A DNA stretch of 63,044 nt, counting the filler, from Lenisia limosa (taxonomy: Eukaryota > Protista > Breviatea), in NCBI GenBank assembly GCA_001655205.1. It is 10 parts of 10 records of this genome, joined end to end, with 100 filler letters (N's around TTAATTAATTAA, not from the genome) between each part and the next. Parts side by side here need not be neighbours in the genome. Positions count along the whole stretch, not along the records: positions 20,162 to 26,279 come from LPNZ01007562.1; positions 26,380 to 39,175 come from LPNZ01010168.1; 8 more parts are not named here. One strand, 5' to 3'. This document shows, piece after piece, positions 23,101 to 34,060 of this stretch; position 1 is the first letter of the stretch, and each line of letters begins with the position of its first letter. Position numbers and translations under genes: made by a program. A model generated the notes under the pieces. That model saw only the letters and a list, made by a program, of their open reading frames with translations, did no database searches and was not told the origin of the DNA.

Positions 23101-26100
23101 NNNNNNNNNNNNNNNNNNNNNNNNNNNNNNNNNNNNNNNNNTTATGATTGATTTTCTAGTTTAAACATTAATCATGTTGTCAGTAACGTTCTTATTCATA
23201 GCCTAATAGCCTTAACCATGTTTGTAGTGAACAGGAGTTCAAAGTGCGTCTTCAGAACATCTTCAACGACCAACAGGCCCCGGTAATTATGGACGTTTCT
23301 GCAATTCAGGTGTGTGGTTAGGATAAACGAGGTTGGAGGTAGAGTGGTAGATTATAATAGCTATTAGTAAAATGATTGATGGGGTGGACAAGAAAGACTA
23401 TATTGGATGATATTAGGGCCTCACTTCGGTTTGAAAAAAGACTGAATTTCTCGATAAATCCTCGAAAATTATCGATATTTTACCGGTATTTTTCGAACCG
23501 AAGTGAAGGCCTAGTGGTATTGAAGGATTTGATGGGAGGGTGTTTGATGCTTTCCTAGCTGTTGACTACCATGGTAATAAACCATTAAACCGTCTTCTTC
23601 ATTTAGAGCACATTTCTTATTATGCAGGTATTCTCCCAACAGCTTGCGCGACCGGAATGGCAAACATCTCAAAAGTGCTCACCATCGCTGTCTCAGGTCT
23701 GTGGTGCCTGTATCAAGACGACAATTAAGAATACTGTTAGATGATAATGCGTTGGTAATGCTTGTATTTCATTATTTCATGATTTTGCGGGCTAAAGTAT
23801 TTAATTATCATCCATCCAGGAGGCCTCTTTGACAGTTCCATCATCCGCGACCTCTTCCTTGTTGACACCAACCCCTGGATCCAGGCCCAGGCAGACAGAA
23901 TAAAAAACGTGACCATGTCCATTATTGTATGAGGGGGGGGGGGGTTTNNNNNNNNNNCGGGCCGGCCGGAGCGGTCAGTGCCGTTGTACTGCAGGAGTCT
24001 GTGGAAGATCTTTGCAGTAAGGGGTTAAGAAACTGTGTTTTTTTTGAAACTGTTTAGCCAGGGTTTGAGAAGAATTTCTGATTAGTACGTTATTTTTTAT
24101 CGAAATTCCCTTCATTTTACTCCCCCNNNNNNNNNNACCCTAGATGCTATGCAATAAAACAAATAAATATATTTAGGTGGGTCAAATTGCAGCGCATGAA
24201 GATTTTGGAAATTCAAAACCTAGGCTTACAATTTATACATAGGGATACCATGAAAATGGGCATCTTTTGTTGTATTTGGTCTTATTTCTAAAAACTACTT
24301 CCCCTCCCCGGGTATTTCTCCCTTGCTCTCTTTTACCTCCTATAGCCCCTCGTGAGCTTTCTGGCGTTATTTGATTCTCTTTCTTTCACAGCTGTTTCTC
24401 TTTTTTTCCCTCATTTTTTTTCTTTCTCCCTCCTCTCTTTTCTTTTCTTTCTTCTCTCTTTTTCTTTCTCGCTCTTTCTTTGTCTCTTTTCTTTCTCTTT
24501 TCTTACATTCTCTTTTGTTTTTTTTTTTCACTCTCTCTCTCTTTTAACACTGCAGTGTGGGCTCACTGACAAAGACATTGAAGTTGAGCGAACCATTCTC
24601 AACAGCCAGAATCCTGATAATGTGGGGGATTGGGGTTAGATTAGGGCTTCCCTGCGGTCCGAAAAAGACCGTTTATATATCGATATTTATCGAGGATTTA
24701 TCGAGAGATTCGGTCTTTTTTGGGACTGTAGGGAAGCTCTGGTTATATCAGAGCGCAATTGTTCCAAAAAGGGAGAGGAGTGATTGTGTTTTTTTTTTGT
24801 GTTGTTTCATATTATATTCCATTTTGACTCCAAACAGATCACATTCCTGTCCTTGAGCAAAGATCGAAACTCAACTGTTCTGGAAAAAAGCTTCTTCAAA
24901 GGCGGCATGGCGCATATTGGCGTTTCACCGAGAATCAAAAATAAGCCAATCAATAAGTATGGCACCAAGAACAAACTCGAGCCGGAAGTGGGGGGGGGGT
25001 GTAGATAATTTCGATTATTATTTTTCAATAAAATCAAATCATGGAGGCAAAATATATGGGGGTCCGACCCCCTGTGGTTCAAACCTTCACTTATATATCG
25101 TTCTCAAAAAGAGTATATCAATTTGTAGATAATTAAGTTTTAAAAGACACACTCGATACAGCCACTTAAAGTTGAACCTTGACCACTCTTGGAAACTGGT
25201 TTCTGTATTGCCTTATATCAAGTCTTAAAATACAGACAATAATTTATTTATGTTAAGTCGTAGAGTAGTTAGGTCATTTAACGACTAAGATTGTCTCATT
25301 TACCATCAACAAGAATATCTTGTCGCACAATTGGACTAAAACAACTTAAAAACAGTACATTAAGAATTTTTTTATTCATTTATTGCCCAATATACAAGAT
25401 TAGAGGTTACTTGTCAATTTTGTAAATCATTGGAATGTGTCAAACTGTCGATGACGTCATTTTCGGTCACACCCCCATTTACGATATTAGTTTACCTCCA
25501 TGATCACATCCACGCACTATAGTATTTGACTTGATACCAGGTCACCATCTACCAAATTGAACTGGACGCTCGGACGAAACAAGAAAAACGGACCTTGAAC
25601 TGCAAGGTTCCGCTTGCTCTCTTCACGTCACACAAGGGCTTCTTCGGCAACTTCTCCGTTCCTGATGCGGGAGTGTTTGTTGCTGAGGCCAGGGTAGGTG
25701 GTGATGGTTGTTCATGGTTGATGGTGTGGACGGCNNNNNNNNNNNNNNNNNNNNNNNNNNNNNNNNNNNNNNNNNNNNNNNNNNNNNNNNNNNNNNNNNN
25801 NNNNNNNNNNNNNNNNNNNNNNNNNNNNNNNNNNNNNNNNNNNNNNNNNNNNNNNNNNNNNNNNNNNNNNNNNNNNNNNNNNNNNNNNNNNNNNNNNNNN
25901 NNNNNNNNNNNNNNNNNNNNNNNNNNNNCAGGAAAATCTCGATAGTTTTCGAGGATTTATCGAGAAATTCAGTCTTTTTTTGAATCGAAGTGAAGCGCTA
26001 GTTGACAGCGTCTTGGGATGAATCTACCTATTTTGTTAGTATTATTATAAATAATCCAGTATCTCTTATAAGCATTTTGTTGCGAACGGCTTCGACCAGA

Positions 26101-26279
26101 TAGATACAACCTTGTTTTATTTCTCATCTCTATATTATATAACCCTTTACTCGCTTATCAGTGTGTTCGGGGCCTAATGTAACCTTGTTTAATTTCTCAT
26201 CTTCTCATGTTCCCTCTTATCCCTGTAAGGTTCTTGCCACGGATGGAGGAGAAGAGTACCTCACGAAGGAGTTCAAATT
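20162..26279 (+). CDS. RasGAP-domain protein, partial, multi-exon
   Basis: Spliced WLAPVLRDLIPKADTFQ|VDPTRLPLGMTVDEGLAALTGACEAILTGLEQSVPSLP, later GMANISKVLTIAVSG and DLFLVDTNPWIQAQADRIKN, in the order expected for RasGAP helices; FLR motif not seen (possibly in a gap). Confidence 0.6.
21413..21586 (+). repeat. Family B intron 3'-end repeat, most complete copy (both modules, ends in C-run at gap)
   Basis: GATGGGATGCGGTGCTGCAGAAACGACTGGCCTGGG...GCCAACAGAGTTGAT...CAATATTCTTCATCGAAATTTCCTTCGTTTTACTCCCCCCCCCC. Confidence 0.85.
23416..23511. mobile_element. Family A hairpin MITE, subfamily alpha, intronic
   Basis: TA|GGGCCTCACTTCGGTTTGAAAAAAGAC...TTTTTCGAACCGAAGTGAAGGCC|TA. Confidence 0.9.
24370..24545 (+). 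repeat. Long CT-rich polypyrimidine tract before a 3' splice site
   Basis: About 175 nt almost only C/T ending near TTAACACTGCAG acceptor. Confidence 0.85.
24644..24739. mobile_element. Family A hairpin MITE, subfamily beta, intronic
   Basis: TA|GGGCTTCCCTGCGGTCCGAAAAAGACCG...GGTCTTTTTTGGGACTGTAGGGAAGCTC. Confidence 0.88.
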
Positions 26280-26731
26280 NNNNNNNNNNNNNNNNNNNNN
26301 NNNNNNNNNNNNNNNNNNNNNNNTTAATTAATTAANNNNNNNNNNNNNNNNNNNNNNNNNNNNNNNNNNNNNNNNNNNNCAACTCTAGTGGAATAACAAG
26401 GACGTTGATAGGAGGAGATGGGTATTGAAGACAGAGCCCAGGATAAAATAATAATAAAAAAAAAATGCTTGTAAGAATACTTTATCATTTCAACGCTGTA
26501 CATAATTTACTTTCTTTTCAAAGTATTATTTTGGGATTTTGGGACCCCCCCCCCCCCAACCNNNNNNNNNNNNNNNNNNNNNNNNNNNNNNNNNNNNNNN
26601 NNNNNNNNNNNNNNNNNNNNNNNNNNNNNNNNNNNNNNNNNNNNNNNNNNNNNNNNNNNNNNNNNNNNNNNNNNNNGCGCCCTGATGGGGAGGGGAGGTC
26701 AGGGTATTTTGAGGGGTGGAAGTGGTAGATA

Positions 26732-26825
26732 GGGCTTCACTTTGGCTCAAACAAAGACTGAATTTCTATAAATCCTCGATAAATATCGATATTTTATCAG
26801 TCTTTTTCGAACCGAAGTGAAGCCC
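26732..26825. mobile_element. Family A hairpin MITE, subfamily alpha
   Basis: TA|GGGCTTCACTTTGG...TTTTTCGAACCGAAGTGAAGCCC|TA. Confidence 0.9.
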
Positions 26826-26869
26826 TAATGGTCGGTGATCAGTTTGTCCAGTAAGTCGATACATACATA

Positions 26870-29800
26870 TGACAATAGAATCCAAGGTACCAGAAAGAAT
26901 ATCACGAAGAACAACGAAAACCCCATTATCAGTGAGGTCTCATTCGGTTCGAAAAGGCCAATAAATACAACTCCCCCCCACTTATCAGTGACCTCATAGA
27001 GCTCAACAGGCACGGAGTTTTCCTCGTTGTCAATTCCACTGGGGGTGGATAACTCTTCCTCTTGCCTTGAAGTCGCCTTAAAAGTGAGAGACGGGGGGAG
27101 GGGGGGTAAATTGGAAAATTAATGAAATAAAAAAAAAAACCAAATCAACTCTGTTGGCAACACAAAGGTTTTATGTACTTCAACATTTCGATGATAACTG
27201 TATTATATTTAGTGTTCCTCTGGTAAAAAAGCCTGGTAACATGTCGATATTATTCGAGGATTTATCGAGAACAAGATTTTTTATTGGGCCACACGGAAGA
27301 TCTAATTCAATCAATAAAACCTCGGGACACAGAAAAAGCCTGACCAGCCCACCGTTCCAAGGAATCTGACCGAGGCGATGAGAGAGGCGTTGCGGTTCTC
27401 CAGCGTGACAATTCGGTCCTTCAGCTGCTGGGTCTCGGCCCCGAGCCGGGCTTTGGTGTCACTCAATCTTGTAATGTCGGCCTGGGGGGGGGGGNNNNNN
27501 NNNNNNNNNNNNNNNNNNNNNNNNNNNNNNNNNNNNNNNNNNNNNNNNNNNNNNNNNNNNNNNNNNNNNNNNNNATGAAATGATATCATAAGCTGATTAT
27601 CCGTGACGATTTGAATAAGAAGGTCTTCGATCAGCTATGATACCCCTCAGACCTTCAACACGCGTCGCTCTTCGAACCACTCTCGCATGGACACGGGGGC
27701 GCCATCAGCCACCTGCTTGATACTGACTTCGGCTTCCAAACGCTTGCGGTCGCGCATCAATGTGTCTAGAGGGGGGGAATTATATTTTTAATGGAAAGGA
27801 AAGACCAAGAGAAAAACCCGAAAACAACACAACATATCGAAGTTGGGGGAGGCGGGTGTTAGTAATATTATCTAGTAATATACGAAAAATAGGGCTTCAC
27901 TTCGTTCGAAAAAAGACCGTATTTCTCAATAAATCTTCGAAAATTATCGATATCAAAGGTACTTCGACATTAGCCCCCCAAACCAAGTTTAACTTCATAG
28001 TCATCAATTGCCGCATTCCGTGACACTAAGTCCGATTTCAGCGCATTAACTTCATCCTAGCACAGTAAAAGAACAATGGTATTAGGATAATTATGTCAAT
28101 AAATGAAACACAAGCTTATCAGCAGACGATGAGAGTATGGTACCCCAATGTATTCTTATGTTTCCCTGGATTTTTTTAGTATATATTTTTCTTGCCCAAA
28201 AAAACAGCGATCCCTCCCCCACTTGAAGATTGATTCTGGATTCCACCTCGGCACTAAGCTTCTCAATTGCCTCAGTTTTGGTGCGTTGAACGTGGCGTAA
28301 CACGCGGTTCTCGGACTCATACTGAAGGGTCAATTATGTGCATCTGAATTGACCCAAAAAAGGGAATAAACGAGATTTTGGTGACGGCTTCGTCTTTGCA
28401 TCTGACGAAGCTGTCAATCTCGTTTATTCCCTTCTTAACTCCCCCCTTTCTTTATGAATATCCGTAATGGGTTAACGCATTCCCTAAATATAGTGATAAG
28501 TCTTAACCGATTAGCTATGTGATTTTCCAAGGAAAATCGGTCAAGACTAATCCCGGTCACTGCATGTATATACCTTACCCCCCCCCCNNNNNNNNNNNNN
28601 NNNNNNNNNNNNNNNNNNNNNNNNNNNNNNNNNNNNNNNNNNNNNNNNNNNNNNNNNNNNNNNNGACGTCAACCATCCGCACACTCCGAGCCTCCACGTC
28701 ACGCTTCAGGTCCTCAATCTGCTGGTTCTGCAGCCGGGCCTCCTTATCACGCACACGCAACTATTGCGTAAGTGAGGGTGGGGAGTAAAATTGGAAATTT
28801 TATAAAACAAAAAAAAAGCCGAAAATCAACTCTGTTGGCTAGCTACACGTGAGGGTTGAGAACAACAAAACAAACAAAGACCAGGCCAGTCGCTTCTGCA
28901 GCCCCGTGGGTGGGGGTGGGGCTGGAAATCAAAATACACCATAGTTATTTACAAATCGAAATTACACTGAGCGCAAGTCCTGACACAGATATTGATTTAG
29001 ATTTAGTCAATCGTATCAGAACTTATCGAGATCACTGAATATGCATGCATATGTACGGAACATATAATACAGCTGTCTTTGTTTATGGTCACATTTTCTC
29101 ATTCTTAGGTTGTATGGTAAATGGTTGGGCTCGGTCTGAGTGCAAATGACTTGCCTACCCCAGATTGAAGGTCTGAAATCAACTTGTCTTTTTCAACAAG
29201 AGAGTCCTCAAGCTTTGTCAAGTGGTGGAAGTAGGATTCACCTTAAAGGGTAAACGAAATAAAAATAACAGAAATAACTTCCCTTGACACCAAATTCATT
29301 GATACTCCGATGGAGTCATATTGTTAAAGAATACACAAAAACCAGATGTGAGAGTAACCATCGCTCAAAGGTCAAGAATGATCTTGATCAAACTAATACA
29401 AGAGATAGGGGAACAATCGAGTCGGTCCACAGCACTCACCATCTGAGGAGCTCTCAGCAGCCTTCTTTGCAGCTAAATAGAGTTAGAGAAGGAAATGCAA
29501 CAAAGAAGAGAACAAATAATTTCAGATATTGAATCTCTTCCCCACCAGCAAGATCGTTTCGCCGCAATACACCAGCATATCTCTCAGCCTGGCTTTTGTA
29601 TTGTGCTGTCTCATCTTCCTGGGCTTCCCGTTGCTGAATGAAATAAATCGGTTGATCAGGACAAAGTGGAAATAAGTATAGTGATTTACAGCTTTCACCC
29701 AATGTGATTACTAAGACAATATGATAACTGAAGTCCACCCCCTCCCCCCACAATTCTCTCTCTCTCCACTTCGCGCTCGAGGCTGATGATGCGCTCCTCG

Positions 29801-30233
29801 CGGACTGCGTTCTACAAGGTGAAAAGGCCAATTATTTGGTGTTGATGCTGCCCCCGCTATTGTTAAAATAATTATTGGCCTTGTATTAACATTACATCTT
29901 CTTACTAGATTTACCAATCTGTCAGCCAACCTGGTCAGTAGAAGACTCAAGGTCAGCTTCATGTGCCCTGATCAGCTCTCTCAGACAATCGTTATCCTCC
30001 TGGAGATGTCAATGTTACCCAAACCTTTCTTTTCCCTTTCTATCAAGATAATACAATTGAAAAGTGGAAACCATGCAAACTTGATAACGTGTGAGATCAG
30101 CCATGACTTGGAATAGCTCATTCTCCAATTTGATGTACTGAGGGGAAGCTTCAGGACCGCCATATGATGTAGGAGGAGGGCTGCTCTGTTGAACTGATGC
30201 ACGGGGGGCGGACTGGGACTCCAAGAGCTTCAC
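26870..30233 (-). CDS. MAP70-like coiled-coil protein, partial
   Basis: Exons TRYQ|EDNDCLRELIRAHEADL, RSVRMVDV[gap], YESENRVLRHVQRTKTEAIEKLSAEV, LMRDRKRLEAEV...PVSMREWFEERRVLK, ADITRL... resemble, in order, plant MAP70 blocks as recalled from memory. Confidence 0.55.
28360..28433. repeat. Near-perfect 74-bp intronic hairpin
   Basis: AAGGGAATAAACGAGATT..TGACGGCTTCGTC / GACGAAGCTGTCAATCTCGTTTATTCCCTT. Confidence 0.85.
28491..28562. mobile_element. Family C hairpin MITE, left arm truncated, intronic
   Basis: GATAAGTCTTAACCGAT...CCAAGGAAAATCGGTCAAGACTAATCCCGGTCACTG. Confidence 0.8.
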
Positions 30234-30647
30234 TTGTTCAAATAAAGACTCTAACTCCTGTCGTTTCGAGAGAAGAACATCCTCCTCTCCTGTACAGTTA
30301 TGATTTATTTAAATACACTGAACCTACCTTGTGACATTGTGATTTGACTACAGGACCGCTCAAGAAAGAATCCCCAAAAAGTGAACGTCTACCTGTCGCT
30401 TTTTCGCTATTATTTGAAGCTAAATCTGTATTGCCTCTTGTTTTGAACGTCGTAGGTATGATTTTTTGATTTTTTGGATTGGATGGAATAAATTTCTTAA
30501 TACAATATAAACCCCTCACGATAGTATATCAACAATTTCTAAAAAAATCACTGAAGACTCACTGAATCTCAAATGTCGGCAATGTTCCTATAACATAATA
30601 TATCAGCGACAAATGATACGATATAAGACATTGTCATACTCTTGACA

Positions 30648-31501
30648 ATGGGTTGTGGGCAGTCAAAGAGCACTCAGTCTCATGGAAAAGTATCTTTGCA
30701 AGAAAATGGTTCAGAATCCGCGTCAATTAAGCAGCTCCCTCCTCTTATTCAAATTTCTTCCACATCGCCCTCGCTCCCTCGTCGCTCTCCGTCCCCTTCT
30801 CCTGCAATAAAGGAGCCAGTGACACTGGATTCAGATATACCGGTTTGATACCCCCCCTTTTTTATTCCTTTTGTAACCTTCTTCCAGTCACCAGTTGATC
30901 TTGATGATGACGAGTCAGCACTAATGGCAGGTTGGAAGGGCTGGGGAAAACTTAAGCTTGTATATTAACCACGTGACCTAACGCAAGTGAAGTTGGTGTG
31001 GTAATATTGGAGTTTCACATCATTTTGTTGTCACTTGTTTCATTGTTATGAACGGTTCTATATCTCTTTATCTTTGATAGGGTAATTTACTGTTGATGAG
31101 CCAAAATGATTATTATCATGCAAACATGTGACAATGTAGCTGTGGTCCGAGGGCTTGTCCGCGGAGCAATGGGAGCGGGCACTCCATCTCCCGCGGCATC
31201 TGTGAGGAAGTCTCGATCCAGTCGCTCGGGGTCGATATCTTCCTCCCTTCCTCCCTCGCCGTTAGCGCCATCAATTGGCCGAGCGTCCCCCTATGAAACC
31301 AGCAGAGGGTCACAGTCATCTCTTCCACTTTCCTCAAGACAAGTGTCTGAACACTCGTTGGTACATAATGAGGTAGGCTGTGGGTGATTGGGCCATTGTT
31401 GTGTTATGTGTGAATTGACAGTTTTCATACTTCAGGTAACTGAAGCGGATTTGATTATCCCTGAAGGCCCTTCCGCTGATTCAATTACTGCTCGAGGGCA
31501 C
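30648..31501 (+). CDS. Ser/Pro-rich protein with N-terminal acylation motif MGCGQSK (3' end uncertain)
   Basis: MGCxxS myristoylation/palmitoylation-type start; phase-compatible exons SPVDLDDDESALMA|AVVRG...VHNE|VTEADLIIPEG. Confidence 0.6.
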
Positions 31502-32645
31502 GTGAGTATCCCCGAAAGGTGAGGGTTCTTTTTTTTTTTTTTTCTCAGTACCATAAATGAAATGGATGAGAAATGATCTTTTGTGACATGAACATTTGAG
31601 AAATGATGAGAGAAAGCAGCTACCTTTCGTCACCTGAAAACTAGTAAAAATTAGCACAACCTTCAATTTTATTTTATATGTTATGCGTTGGTAGCAATAT
31701 GTTTCTTTGCTACCTTGAATAGTATTGCGATATCAATTGAATATTATTGCTTGTGAGGCACACAAATAGCTGTGTGTTTAGAGTTGTGAGGCAAATGATT
31801 GGGGGCATTAATATACTTTAATTCAATATCTCTTACAAGCGTGATGGTGTGGGCGGCTTCGGCCAGATACAACCTTGTTTTTTTGTAATTTTTTCGAATT
31901 TTTTAGATTTTTTGAGTTACCATTGATTAGGGCACGCAGTTGAATGCTCTGATTTTTGTTCTTGACTAATTTTCAGTTGGAACATTTGTTACGGAAATAA
32001 AGCGCTATAGCTCTGACAATCCAGACGAAAGAGGCGGCATTCACGCAGCCATGCTGGGATGAACTACTTCCAGACCCGCAACCAAGACCTGAGTTCACAG
32101 TCCCTTGATGGCCAGACCTCTGAACCAGATTCTTTTTCGGAAAACCTGGTGTCATACTAACGTCAATGTTACATGTTTTTTTTCTTTCTTTCCTTTTAGT
32201 AGTTGCACGTGTGGTGTCTATTATTTATGTTTTGATTTTCAGTTTAATTGAATTGGATTTGAGATATAACTGTGTAAGGAGAGGGTTCTTCGACGTATTT
32301 AATTGTATACCATATCATATCCTATAATATTATGATACATTATTTACTCCCCTCCCCACATTTTGTTCCATACATTGTCCACTATTTGGTGAAATAACTA
32401 AGATGGACCACACTCTCAATGGGGGAAAAAGACATAAAAATACATACCTAATGCCAAATGGACGGCAATTATTGTACAAAAAAACGAAAGACACTACTGT
32501 ACACAATAAAACAACAAAAAACACACACAAAAAATCAGCTCTCCAACACACACGTTATGAAGACATAGATATAACTTGGGGCATCTCGACAGTCTAAAGA
32601 GATAAGAAGTGCAGACAAATGAAGAGGTACAGATAAAGAAGAGAC

Positions 32646-34060
32646 CTATATCACACCCAAAGCTCTGCGAACCTTGGAGGAAGCCTGAGAAACTCTGTTC
32701 ATCTCCGCCACGTTCTCAACACCAATATCATACTCCATGATGTCAACACCATCATCATCGGAAACTCCGTCATCAGAGAACTCGCCAGTCTGGTTGACCA
32801 TAGCTGACCGAACACGGGCCTCGGAGTAGAGGCTGAATGGTGAGAGTGACAAATGCATTGGTTGATAAAAGTGAGAAGAGAAAGTTGGGAAAAGCCCTAG
32901 TTTGACGATTGAATAAGTGTCCTCTTACAATGAACGAAGGCCATTGACATCCTTGAACCATGAGCCGACAGAATCAGTTTTCACAGCGTTGATATGCGCA
33001 GCAATGTCGGAAGGAGCGCCGAAGTTGTCCCAGTCGCAAACAACAACCTTGGAGGGGGTCTTGTCCATCAGCTCAACGAAGTTCTTGTAGCACTGGAGAG
33101 TTAAAAAAAAAAGGCGCACTTTTGAAAAGTGAAATACGGATAATTCCCCATACCTGATCCAGGCCTTCGAGGTAGTCAAGAGGGATTCCAGACTCACATT
33201 CCTAATTGGTCAAAAGACGCGGAGGGGGAGAAGAAGATCAACTTCGCAGCTGGAAAAAGGAAACATACTCTGTTGCGGGAACGGATACGTTCATAGCAGG
33301 TCTCGGCCTTAGTATCAAGGTAGATGGTCATGTGGGGAATAGGAAGGTTCTCAAGCATCTGGCGACGGAGATCGAGGTAGTACTGATAACTGAAAAGTTA
33401 GTAAGATGAATTCTTTGCGCTCAATGTCCTCCAATTTATCTAAAAATGAGAATAGCTGCCTACCCATCAGCAGTGAAGTTCTCGTCAGCAAAGTTCTTCT
33501 CAGCAAACACAATATCAGAATAAACGGAGCGGTCAAGAATGACTGATTGTCCTAAAGAGTGTTAGAAGCGAGGTTTGACCATGATAGAAGACACAAAAAA
33601 GTGCGCCAAAAACTTACCAGTCTCAGCAGCGTGTCTCACGGCACTAACGTAAGTACGGAATCTTTGACGAAGAAGCCAGAGCTATATGAGTGAGAATTAG
33701 GTTTTTTAAAGTGGTTTCCCTTTTGTAACTGAAAGCGCGCCAAAAAGCAAACCTGCATCTTAAGAGCGTAAACCTTGGGTTCAGCATAGTACTTCTCCAA
33801 ATAGGGGTTTGTAATGGTAGGCTCAAGGTACATTGAGAGGTTGCATTGCTCAGCAAGACTTTTGCAAAGGGTGGTTTTTCCAGCGGAGATGTTTCCCTAA
33901 AGTTGATTAGTGAAAAAAGAAACAATGACAAGCAAACCTCAAGGATAATGACGTTACCCGCCTTAGAAGAGGAGTTAAAAGCCATTTTAAACACGTTTCC
34001 AAACAAAGGATTCAACAAAGATGTCTTGAAAGTTGACTTTATGAAGTTTAATGACAGCAT
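32646..34060 (-). CDS. Deoxynucleoside kinase family protein, NDUFA10-like, with probable mitochondrial presequence (7 exons)
   Basis: VIILE|GNISAGKTT P-loop, EPTITNPYLEKYY, AVRHAAETGQSVILDRSVYSDIVFA, PHMTIYLDTKAETCYERIRSRNR|ECESGIPLDYLEGL; all joins GT-AG and in phase; TAG stop. Confidence 0.9.
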
